Part shown: piece after piece, positions 7,223-15,248 of the stretch | Numbering within the stretch: the stretch's first letter is position 1 | How the letters are laid out: each line of letters starts with the position of its first letter | Source of the DNA: Ruminococcus sp. | GTDB taxonomy: Bacteria > Bacillota > Clostridia > Oscillospirales > Ruminococcaceae | Assembly: GCA_017542125.1 (NCBI GenBank) | Contig: JAFXXU010000033.1 | Coordinates: 6,360 to 70,359, forward strand | Reading direction: 5' to 3' | Length of the DNA stretch: 64,000 nucleotides | Notes under the pieces: model-generated | What the model was told of the DNA's origin: nothing | Seen by the model: only the letters and a program-made list of their open reading frames with translations | The model's database searches: none | Made by a program: the position numbers and the translations under genes

Positions 7223-9652
7223 TTATACCACCGCGCCGTTGTTCGGTCTCGGTGCCTTGGGCTGGTTCTTGCCCGCATTCTTCGGGCCCTGATGTGTCGC
7301 ATTGGTGCCGCGCTTCTTCTCAACGTGCTTCTGCCACAGTACCCAAAGTGTGGGAGCTATGCAGTTCGAGGAGTATACACCTGCGATCATACCGATGATC
7401 AGCGGGAACGCAAAGCTCATTATCGAGCTGATGCCCCAGATCGCACATACGATGCATACTGTTGTCATCGCAAGAACTGTTGTCACTGTCGTGTGGATCG
7501 ACCTGCCCAGGGTCTGGGTGATAGACATATCTACAAGCTCTTCTATGCTGTATTTCCTGCCGTAAAGCCTTCTGTTCTCACGGATACGGTCATATACTAT
7601 GATAGTCGCGTTGATGGAGTAGCCCAGAATGGTGAGCAGTACCGCCATAAAGTTGGCGTTGATGTCGAAACGGCAGATAACAAAGCAGCCGAATACCATT
7701 ATCATATCGTGGATAAGCGCAAGTACCGCAAAGCAGCCTGCCGAAAGACCGCCGATCTTCCTGAACCGGAAGCCGATGTAGATGACTGTGATCACCAGCG
7801 CGAATGCGCAGGCTACCAGACACTTGAAGAAGAACTCGATACCGTTTGACGCAGCAACGTCTGTGGATTCAAGTACCTCGATCTTGTTGTCGGTGAACTT
7901 CTCGTTCATTGCCTTGGCAAGATTGGTCTGCTTCTCGTTGCTTATGCCTTCGTCAGAGGAGAAGGAAAGCTTCAGAGTCTGCTTGCCGGAGGAGAAATCC
8001 TCTCCCTCTGTAACGATAGCCGTCTCACCGATGGATTCGGTGACCAGCTGCTCAACGTCAGACGTAGCAACGGTGCCCTCGTAGGTGTAGGTGATAATCG
8101 TACCGCCCTTGAATTCGATGGCTACGTTCAGCCCCACGAATATCGCAACACAGGCGAAGACAGCGAACAGCGAGCAGGATAAGGAGTAGAACAGCTTTCT
8201 GTGGCTGTTGGGCTTGATGACCTTCTTGCGCTTCTCGACCATAGCGGCTCTCTTGTCTGCATCCTCGGGAACTCCGTACCACTTGCGGTTGCGGAACACC
8301 TTGAACTTGGAAAGGGAGGTGAGCATAAGTCTTGAGCAGAATACGCCGAATACGAAGTTGAGTATGATGCCGACCAGCAGCGTATAACCCAGGGAGTAGA
8401 TAGTACCTGCGGTAGCTGCGCCGAACATAGAGAATATGGGCTTGAGAAGCTTGCCGAAGAGGCTGTCGGTGGGGCCGAAGGCACCCATCAGGATAACGGC
8501 AACGAACACAACGGTGATGTTTCCGTCAAATACGGCGCTCCAGGCACGCTTGTAGCCGGTCTCGATGGAATTGGTGAGGCTCTTGCCGGTGAGCAGCTCC
8601 TCCTTGATACGCTCTGCGGTGATAACGTTGGCGTCAACGCCCATACCTACCGCAAGTATGATACCCGCGATACCGGGGATCGTGAGGGTGAAGCTGTCGA
8701 TGTTCCCGAAGAAGCCCGAGATGCAGGCGATAGAGCCTATTACCTGACCTACCAGAGCTATCGAAGCAACGAAGCCGGGCAGCTTGTAGATGATCATCAT
8801 ATAGATAGCAACTACCGCGAATGCGATAATGCCGGCGATGAGCATTGCATCTCTTGCGCCCGAACCCAGAGTAGCCGAGATGATGTTGGTGTTGGTGGTC
8901 TCCAGCTTGAAGGGCAGTGCGCCGGCGTTGATCTTGTCGGCGAGAGCCTTAGCGCTGTCGTAGGTGAAGTTTCCGGAGATCTGAGCCTTGCCGTCGGTGA
9001 TGACCGCCTGAACGGTAGGAGCCGAGATCATAGTATCGTCCATCCAGATGGAGATCTGCCCGCCGGAGGAGTAAAGCTCCCTGGTGGCATCGGCAAACTT
9101 AGTGGTGCCCTCGTCCTTAAGGGTAAGGCTTACGACGTAGGTGGCCTGGTTGGTATTCTTATCCTGATACGGTACAGCCTCTGCACTCTCGACGTCGGTA
9201 CCTGTCAGCACCAGGTTGGCATCATCGTCGCCGGTGGCGGCGTTGGTGCCCTTGACAAATCTCAGGATAGCGGTCTCACCCAGCTCGGTAACGGCGGCTT
9301 CGGGGTCGAAGTCGGTCTCTTCAGCCTGCCAGGGGAAGGACACGATCACCCTGCCCTTGCTGTAATCGACATAGACCTCGCTGTCGGTGATATTCAGGCT
9401 CACGAGTCTCTGCTCGATGATAGCCTTTGCGGAATCCATTTCGTGTTCCGAGGCCTCATAGCCGTCGGCGGGCTCGAAGGTGGCGTTTACGCCTCCCTGG
9501 ATATCAATACCCCAGCGGATCTCATCCGCGCCCTTGATATAGGTGGTTCTGGTATCGCCGAAATAGGTATGGAACCCGAAGAAGGTAAAATACCCAAGTG
9601 CAAGAATGCACAGCAGCACGATAAAGAACACCGGTTTTTTGGTTCTTCGCAC
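7223..9652 (-). CDS. secDF: protein translocase subunit SecDF (fused)
   Basis: 809 aa. Two 6-TM blocks with a large periplasmic-type loop. Typical SecD (GLDLQGG-like IDIQGGV) and SecF segments. Confidence 0.9.
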   Translation of the reverse strand: MRRTKKPVFFIVLLCILALGYFTFFGFHTYFGDTRTTYIKGADEIRWGIDIQGGVNATFEPADGYEASEHEMDSAKAIIEQRLVSLNITDSEVYVDYSKGRVIVSFPWQAEETDFDPEAAVTELGETAILRFVKGTNAATGDDDANLVLTGTDVESAEAVPYQDKNTNQATYVVSLTLKDEGTTKFADATRELYSSGGQISIWMDDTMISAPTVQAVITDGKAQISGNFTYDSAKALADKINAGALPFKLETTNTNIISATLGSGARDAMLIAGIIAFAVVAIYMMIIYKLPGFVASIALVGQVIGSIACISGFFGNIDSFTLTIPGIAGIILAVGMGVDANVITAERIKEELLTGKSLTNSIETGYKRAWSAVFDGNITVVFVAVILMGAFGPTDSLFGKLLKPIFSMFGAATAGTIYSLGYTLLVGIILNFVFGVFCSRLMLTSLSKFKVFRNRKWYGVPEDADKRAAMVEKRKKVIKPNSHRKLFYSLSCSLFAVFACVAIFVGLNVAIEFKGGTIITYTYEGTVATSDVEQLVTESIGETAIVTEGEDFSSGKQTLKLSFSSDEGISNEKQTNLAKAMNEKFTDNKIEVLESTDVAASNGIEFFFKCLVACAFALVITVIYIGFRFRKIGGLSAGCFAVLALIHDMIMVFGCFVICRFDINANFMAVLLTILGYSINATIIVYDRIRENRRLYGRKYSIEELVDMSITQTLGRSIHTTVTTVLAMTTVCIVCAIWGISSIMSFAFPLIIGMIAGVYSSNCIAPTLWVLWQKHVEKKRGTNATHQGPKNAGKNQPKAPRPNNGAVV

Positions 9653-9719
9653 TTTACTTCCTCCTAATGTAGAATCATACTCTGCACCCGTTCATACGAG
9701 CATAAGCATTCACTATACT

Positions 9720-9748
9720 ATTATAATGCAAAGGCTTAAAAAAGTCAA
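9720..9748 (-). promoter_or_regulatory. sigma-70-type promoter for secDF
   Basis: Minus strand reads TTGACT-17 nt-TATAAT, about 60 nt upstream of the secDF start. Confidence 0.55.
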
Positions 9749-9829
9749 TAGGTTTAATAAAATAAACTGCCCTGCCGCCCCTTATCCGGAGTTCTTTTGT
9801 TTTTACGCCAAAAAAATGAGCCCGGGGTG

Positions 9830-9858
9830 TTGAAATTATCTTTTGGATGTGTTATAAT
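9830..9858 (+). promoter_or_regulatory. sigma-70-type promoter with extended -10
   Basis: TTGAAA (9830-9835), 17 nt spacer, TGtTATAAT (9850-9858). Confidence 0.6.
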
Positions 9859-9940
9859 CATATTGACGAATAACTGGCGGGGGCATCCCGCAGGACAAAA
9901 AGACCGCCTTGCGGCGAGACAGAGAGGGAGAGACCGGCTT

Positions 9941-10060
9941 ATGAAGGTATTTGTAAAGGTTCTTATCATACTTGCGGCTGTTGCGGCTGCGGCGGCTGCG
10001 GCGATCACCTGCACCCGCATCTTCGAGACGAAGATGACCAAGTATTATAAGGTATACTAA
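9941..10060 (+). CDS. 39-aa hydrophobic peptide (MKVFVKVLIILAAVAAAAAAAITCTRIFETKMTKYYKVY)
   Basis: GAGGGAG Shine-Dalgarno about 10 nt upstream. Has its own strong promoter and its own terminator. One TM helix plus a basic/aromatic tail. Confidence 0.45.
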   Translation: MKVFVKVLIILAAVAAAAAAAITCTRIFETKMTKYYKVY

Positions 10061-10077
10061 GCAGCTTAAAAGCATTT

Positions 10078-10109
10078 CGCCGCGCTGGGTCACAGCGCGG
10101 CGATTTTTT
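10078..10109 (+). terminator. intrinsic terminator
   Basis: CGCCGCGCTG-GGTCA-CAGCGCGGCG followed by ATTTTTTG. Confidence 0.8.
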
Positions 10110-10111
10110 GC

Positions 10112-10660
10112 TTATCCGACGGGATTGTCGTTATGTGTCACGGTGATGTTGGGTCTGCCCTCGGAGCTCTCGGGCTCCTTATTGTTCGCAGCTGCTTCCT
10201 TTGCCTTGATAAGGACGTTCTTTATGCCTGCCAGCATCTCCTTGGTATAGGGGAGCCTCTCCCGGTTGGGGTTGATGATAAAGCCGGAGGCCTGTTCGGT
10301 CTGCTCGGTGATGGCGGCGAGGTCGGCAAATCTCATAGCGAAGGGGCGGAAGCTGCCCTGCTGCTCCTTGATGAAATCCCTGAGGAGGTCAAGATCCGTA
10401 AAGGCGGGGAAGAAGGTGCCTTTCTCGGGGTGGTTGATGAGCATGAACTGGGCCTTGGGCTTCTCCTGGAACTCCAGCTTCTTCTGGGCGTTCTGCACCA
10501 GCTCGGTGGACTTGGACATCATCGCGGGGATGTAGAAGGATGACTTGATCGTCAGGTTGATGACCTTATTCTGGGTCTCGGGGACGAAATTCTCCCGCAT
10601 TGCGGCGATAGCCTCCACAAGCTCTGTGTTGTCGATCTCGACGGTATTCTGTTCTGCCAT
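10112..10660 (-). CDS. SseB-like family protein (tentative)
   Basis: 182 aa. Pattern FYIP...FFPAFTDLDLL...GFIINP resembles the SseB family as I remember it. Confidence 0.4.
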   Translation of the reverse strand: MAEQNTVEIDNTELVEAIAAMRENFVPETQNKVINLTIKSSFYIPAMMSKSTELVQNAQKKLEFQEKPKAQFMLINHPEKGTFFPAFTDLDLLRDFIKEQQGSFRPFAMRFADLAAITEQTEQASGFIINPNRERLPYTKEMLAGIKNVLIKAKEAAANNKEPESSEGRPNITVTHNDNPVG

Positions 10661-10662
10661 AT

Positions 10663-11658
10663 TCAGTTATCTCCTTTTCCGCCCGACGGCTGCTCCGCGG
10701 GCTTATTCTTTTCCTCCGCCTCGAGATCCCGTTCCAGCAGGAAGCTCGGGCGGTGCTTGGTCTCAAGATATATTTTCCCGATATACTCGCCTATGACTCC
10801 GATAGCCAGCAGCTGCAGGCCGCCCAGCGCCCAGACCGATACGACGGTGGTCGTCCAGCCCGCGACGGTTCGCCCCATACACCAGAGGACGAAGAAATAG
10901 ATGAGCATAAAAATGGATACAAGGAACACGGCAAGCCCCAGTGAGGTTATGAACCTTATGGGCTTGACCGAGAGGGAGGTTATCCCCTCGACGGCGAAGG
11001 AGAGCATCTTTTTGAGGGGGTATTTCGACTCCCCTGCCTGTCTCTCATTCCGGACGTAGCTTACGGTATCGCTTTTGAAGCCCAGCATAGGCACGAGCCC
11101 TCTGAGGAATAGGTTGACCTCGGTGAACTCAGCCAGCGCCTCCACGGCTCTGCGGCTCATAAGGCGGTAATCGGCGTGGTCGTAGGTGATCTCGACGCCC
11201 ATTTTGGCCAGCATTTTATAATAGGCTCTTGCGGTACCCCTTTTGAACTTGGAGTCCTTTTCCCTTGAAGAGCGGACGCCGTAGACTATCTCGCAGCCCT
11301 CGGCTCTCTTATCGAGGAAGCCGTCCACGGCATTGATATCGTCCTGGAGGTCGGCGTCCATTGAGACGATGATATCTGCGTACTCCTTTGCGGTCATCAT
11401 CCCTGCCAGGAGGGCGTTCTGGTGTCCTCTGTTCCGGGAGAGCTTGATCCCTGTAAAGAGGGGTGATGAGGCATGGAGCTTCTCGATGATCTCCCAGGTC
11501 TTATCCTTTGAGCCGTCATCGACGAACATCACCTTGCTCTCGGGAGAGATCCTCCCGCCGTTTATGAGCTGATCCATTTTCTCAATCAGCGCCTTTGCGG
11601 TAATGGGGAGCATTTCCTCCTCATTATAGCAGGGAATAACAAAATAAAGCGTTTCCAT
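10663..11658 (-). CDS. family 2 glycosyltransferase, polyprenyl-phosphate sugar transferase type (GtrB/ArnC-like)
   Basis: N-terminal PCYNEE, DDGSKD and DADLQDD motifs, plus two C-terminal TM helices. Confidence 0.85.
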   Translation of the reverse strand: METLYFVIPCYNEEEMLPITAKALIEKMDQLINGGRISPESKVMFVDDGSKDKTWEIIEKLHASSPLFTGIKLSRNRGHQNALLAGMMTAKEYADIIVSMDADLQDDINAVDGFLDKRAEGCEIVYGVRSSREKDSKFKRGTARAYYKMLAKMGVEITYDHADYRLMSRRAVEALAEFTEVNLFLRGLVPMLGFKSDTVSYVRNERQAGESKYPLKKMLSFAVEGITSLSVKPIRFITSLGLAVFLVSIFMLIYFFVLWCMGRTVAGWTTTVVSVWALGGLQLLAIGVIGEYIGKIYLETKHRPSFLLERDLEAEEKNKPAEQPSGGKGDN

Positions 11659-11755
11659 TTTGTTTCCTTTCGGGTTTGGTTTATAGTTTGTATTGGAACC
11701 TCTTTGGCTTTGGTGTGCTTGGGGACGGAAATAGCTTGCGAGACGAGCTCCGATT

Positions 11756-11837
11756 GGGACTCTGTCCCTAAGAACCCTGCCAGGGGCCAGCGCGCCCCGC
11801 TTTATTCCGAGCGCAGCCGAGGAATAAAGTTTGACCT
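11756..11837 (+). repeat. REP-like 82-nt block, copy B
   Basis: GGGACTCTGTCCCTAAGAACCCTGCCAGGGGCCAGCGCGCCCCGCTTTATTCCGAGCGCAGCCGAGGAATAAAGTTTGACCT; 80/82 identical to 7061-7142. Confidence 0.75.
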
Positions 11838-11865
11838 GCGGCCTATGGGATTTGCGCCTTGACGC

Positions 11866-12639
11866 TTATTTTAGCTTGAATAATCTTTTTATGTTCTCTG
11901 CCGAGATGTCCAGCAGCCTCTGCGGATCGGTATTTCTTAACTCCCCCGCATATTCCGCAATGTTCGCTATCATCCGGCTGTCACACCTCTGCCCCCTGTA
12001 GGGCTCCGGCGCCAGATAGGGGCAGTCAGTCTCAAACATGAATCTGTCCTCCGGGACAGCCATAAAGCTGTTCTTGACCTTCTTCGCGTTTTTAAAGGTC
12101 AGCACTCCCCCAAATCCCAGATATAATCCCAGCGAGAGCAGCTCCCTCGCTGTCTCAGCTGATCCGGAAAAGCAGTGTACCACGCCCTTCGGCTTGTATT
12201 CCTGCATCAGTGCCAGAAAGTCCGCCGTTGCGTCCCGGCAGTGGAAGATGAGCGGCAGGTCATACTCCGCCGCCAGCTCTATCTGCATCCGCAGCAGCTT
12301 TATCTGTAAATCTCTGTCATATCCCTCAAAGTGGTAGTCAAGCCCCACCTCGCCTATGGCAGCGATCTTGTCGGATGTCCCCAAAGCCTCGGTAAGCACC
12401 CTCTTCGGATCCTTCGGGAGAGTATCGCAGCATTCCGGGTGGAACCCGATCGAGGTGTAAAAGCCCTCATACCGCGCCGCCGTCTCGATCCCGAAACGTA
12501 TCGATGCCTCGTCAGTTGCCGCGTGCATAAGCCCTGTCACAGACGATCCGCTGCCCATAAGCTCGTCCAGGATCTCATAACGGTCAGCATCAAACCCCGC
12601 AGAGTCGTAATGACAGTGAGAATCAAATATCCCTCGCAC
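11866..12639 (-). CDS. TatD family metal-dependent hydrolase
   Basis: 257 aa. DSHCH at the N-terminus, plus HCR/HCFSG and ETDCPYL motifs. GTG start. Confidence 0.85.
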   Translation of the reverse strand: MRGIFDSHCHYDSAGFDADRYEILDELMGSGSSVTGLMHAATDEASIRFGIETAARYEGFYTSIGFHPECCDTLPKDPKRVLTEALGTSDKIAAIGEVGLDYHFEGYDRDLQIKLLRMQIELAAEYDLPLIFHCRDATADFLALMQEYKPKGVVHCFSGSAETARELLSLGLYLGFGGVLTFKNAKKVKNSFMAVPEDRFMFETDCPYLAPEPYRGQRCDSRMIANIAEYAGELRNTDPQRLLDISAENIKRLFKLK

Positions 12640-12641
12640 TC

Positions 12642-12669
12642 TTGCACCTCCGCGCTGATATGATATAAT
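12642..12669 (+). promoter_or_regulatory. sigma-70-type promoter with extended -10, facing away from tatD
   Basis: TTGCAC (12642-12647), 16 nt spacer, TGaTATAAT (12661-12669). The predicted start at about 12676 coincides with the base of the 12677-12823 helix. Confidence 0.55.
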
Positions 12670-12676
12670 GCTGTAC

Positions 12677-12823
12677 GGCTTTCCTCCTGCCCTTGCCTTT
12701 TGCGGGACACCGTTCTGTTGTGCTGGACTAACTGGGGGAGACCCTTTTGAAAAAGGGTCATCCCCAAATCAATTCTGCATAAGGGAATGACACCCCGCAA
12801 AAGGCAGGGGCAGGGGGAGAGCC
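12677..12823 (+). ncRNA. candidate long-hairpin ncRNA (6S-like architecture) or MITE
   Basis: 12677-12706 pairs with 12794-12823 over 30 consecutive bp, including 3 G-U pairs on the plus strand. Unpaired flanks of about 25 nt surround an apical hairpin at 12735-12765. No ORF. Confidence 0.35.
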
Positions 12824-13203
12824 ATATAGTATTATACCATATTAAAATGGATTTGTAAAGCGGAGTTTGGAAAAAGGGGGGAGGAGGCGGGTTTTTGCGC
12901 GGGGGAAATGGGGAAATTGATTTCTTAATCGTTTTCGTGACAGATCATGGGGATTTTTTTAGCCGATATGCAAGAAAATGAATATATATATTTGTGAAAA
13001 ACGCAACAAATGATGATCTGTTAAAAAAACTAAGCAAAAAAAGTGATGACAGATCATTCGTCATTTTGACGGGAGATGATTGTCAACTAACACAGGTTTA
13101 AAACGCAGGCAATGCTGCACAAAAGAGAAAGAGCGTGTTTGTGCAACACGCACAAACACGCGCGAACCGCGAAAAAACCTTTCCCGCAAACGTTTAACCC
13201 GCC

Positions 13204-13232
13204 TTGACAAAATCCCACGGGGGAGTTATAAT
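13204..13232 (+). promoter_or_regulatory. consensus sigma-70 promoter of the ABC locus
   Basis: TTGACA (13204-13209), 17 nt spacer, TATAAT (13227-13232). Leader of about 230 nt to the first ATG. Confidence 0.7.
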
Positions 13233-13470
13233 TAAGATTAGCTAAGTGAGCCCTTTAGGGGCAAATACTGCCCTTTTGTCATCAAAATGACGGATTTTTT
13301 GAGCCCGTTTTAGTTAAAATAACAACATATTGACGCTGTTGAGCCCTCAGGCACAATATGTTCGATCTGATTTTGTTATTATGACGAAAACGGCATCCGG
13401 CAGCCCCTTTAAAGCGAAATTACCATCGCCTTTGTGTATTTTGCATCATTGGCGGGAAGGCCGAGGATAT

Positions 13471-14148
13471 ATGGGAAGCATCATTACGACGAACGGACTA
13501 TGCCGTGATTTTAAGATAGGTGACGGCAGCACGGTCTCCGCTCTGAAAAATGTGAATATCGAGATCGAGCAAGGCAAGCTGACCATTCTCAGGGGACGCT
13601 CGGGCAGCGGAAAGACTACGCTGATAAACATTCTCGGCGCACTTGACAAGCCCACAAAGGGCAGCGTCATGTTTGACGGGAGGGATATCACCAAGCTCTC
13701 TGAGCGCAAGCGGGACGATCTGAGGCGCTACGAGATGAGCTTCGTGTTCCAGTCGGTGGCGCTGATGAGCAGCATGAACGCCTATGAGAATGTGGAGTTC
13801 GGGCTGAGGCTCTCCAAGTTCCCCTACAACGACCGCGACAAGCGGGTGCGTGAGGTGATGAGGAACGTGGGGCTTGAAAAGCGAATGTTCCACAGGCCCA
13901 GCGAGATGTCCGGAGGCGAGCAGCAGAGAGTTGCTATTGCCAGAGCGATAGCCCACGACCCCAAGGTCGTCTTTGCAGACGAGCCTACCGCCGAGCTGGA
14001 TACCGCCACCGCGCTGCACGTGGTCAAGCTCTTCAAGGAGCTGGTGGCCAAGCAGGGAATGACGATCATTATGACTACCCACGACCCCAGTATGATAGAC
14101 ATAGCTGACAGGGTCTACACACTTGAGGACGGTGAGATCGTTGAGTAA
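13471..14148 (+). CDS. ABC transporter ATP-binding protein, MacB/LolD/FtsE-like
   Basis: Walker A GRSGSGKTT, signature MSGGEQQRVAIARA, Walker B VVFADEPTAELD, H-loop THD. ATG 13471 chosen within the ORF 13330-14148. Confidence 0.85.
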   Translation: MGSIITTNGLCRDFKIGDGSTVSALKNVNIEIEQGKLTILRGRSGSGKTTLINILGALDKPTKGSVMFDGRDITKLSERKRDDLRRYEMSFVFQSVALMSSMNAYENVEFGLRLSKFPYNDRDKRVREVMRNVGLEKRMFHRPSEMSGGEQQRVAIARAIAHDPKVVFADEPTAELDTATALHVVKLFKELVAKQGMTIIMTTHDPSMIDIADRVYTLEDGEIVE

Positions 14149-14242
14149 GGCGGAGGAGCAGAAGCTGATCCGGGGCATCTACGATGAGATAGATGACAAT
14201 TCCCCAGACGATAACAGTGTAACACAGCAAGATGACAGCTAT

Positions 14243-15130
14243 ATGATACGCTGTGAAAACCTGGTGAAAATTTATAAGACCGACGAGGTCGAGGTCGTGG
14301 CGCTCCAGGGCCTTGATCTTGACGTAAAGCGCGGGGAGCTTATGGCGATAGTCGGCAATTCGGGAAGCGGTAAATCAACGCTGCTGAATATGCTGGGCGG
14401 CCTCGATAAGCCCTCGGCGGGAAGCCTTCTGGTGGACGGCAAGAACCTGCTGAAATTCACCGATAAGGACTATATGCAGTACAAGCGGGATACCGTCGGG
14501 TTCGTGTGGCAGAACAATGCAAGGAACCTGGTACCCTATCTGTCAGCCGTCCAGAACGTGGAGCTGCCTATGCTGCTTAAAGGCAAGAAGCAGAGGCGGG
14601 CAAGAGCACTGGAACTGCTGGAAAAGGTGGGGCTCTCCCACAGAAAGAACTCAAGGCTCGACCAGATGTCGGGCGGCGAGCAGCAGAGAGTTGCGATAGC
14701 CATAGCGCTGGCAAACGACCCCAAGCTGCTGCTGGCAGACGAGCCCACCGGCTCGGTGGATACCAAGACCTCGAATATGATCCTGGATATATTCAAGGAT
14801 CTTAACCAGACCGAAAGGCTCACCATTGTGATCGTTACCCACGATATAAAGCTCTCCAAGAGGATCGACCGGGTAGTCGCCATAAGAGACGGGCGGACGA
14901 GCTCGGAGATCATCAGGAAGAAATCCTACGCCCAGGAGCTGGATGAGCTGGGCGAGCTGGCCGGGGATATCAGCGAGACCCACGAGGAGCTTGTGGTGCT
15001 CGACCGCTCGGGAAGGCTGCAGCTCCCCAAGGATTATATGGAGCAGCTGGGTATCAAGGGCGGCGACAAGGTCAAGGTAGAGCTCGACGAGGAATCGGGA
15101 AAGATGTTCCTGTTCCGCTCGGGCGAATAA
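14243..15130 (+). CDS. ABC transporter ATP-binding protein (MacB/LolD-like) with C-terminal AbrB/SpoVT-like domain
   Basis: GNSGSGKST, MSGGEQQRVAIAIA, LLLADEPTGSVD, THD. Tail GRLQLPKDYMEQLGIKGGDKVKVEL matches the swapped-hairpin pattern. Start is uncertain: the in-frame upstream stretch 14123-14242 has low GC3 and looks non-coding. Confidence 0.75.
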   Translation: MIRCENLVKIYKTDEVEVVALQGLDLDVKRGELMAIVGNSGSGKSTLLNMLGGLDKPSAGSLLVDGKNLLKFTDKDYMQYKRDTVGFVWQNNARNLVPYLSAVQNVELPMLLKGKKQRRARALELLEKVGLSHRKNSRLDQMSGGEQQRVAIAIALANDPKLLLADEPTGSVDTKTSNMILDIFKDLNQTERLTIVIVTHDIKLSKRIDRVVAIRDGRTSSEIIRKKSYAQELDELGELAGDISETHEELVVLDRSGRLQLPKDYMEQLGIKGGDKVKVELDEESGKMFLFRSGE

Positions 15131-15248
15131 GAAAATGGTCATAAGCCCGCAGGGGCTGAATAGACGCCGGATGTAAATTGTATATTCTGAATAGTATAAA
15201 GGTGGATAGGAGTTTCATCGGCAATTTTTTACGAAAGGTGGAAGAAAA

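Noticed and set aside
13233-13470. c-di-GMP-I or another known riboswitch in the ABC-locus leader. I also considered a GEMM-like string (GACGCGGAGCC) in the 124-bp units.
   Set aside because: Only fragments of the conserved cores match. The helices that should separate them are missing.
14123-14242. N-terminal extension of the second ATPase from the ORF-track start (TTG 14123, overlapping the first ATPase).
   Set aside because: The 40 extra codons are acidic and low-complexity, with markedly lower third-position GC than the surrounding genes. The conserved ABC domain begins at the ATG at 14243. The start remains uncertain because that ATG lacks a clear Shine-Dalgarno.
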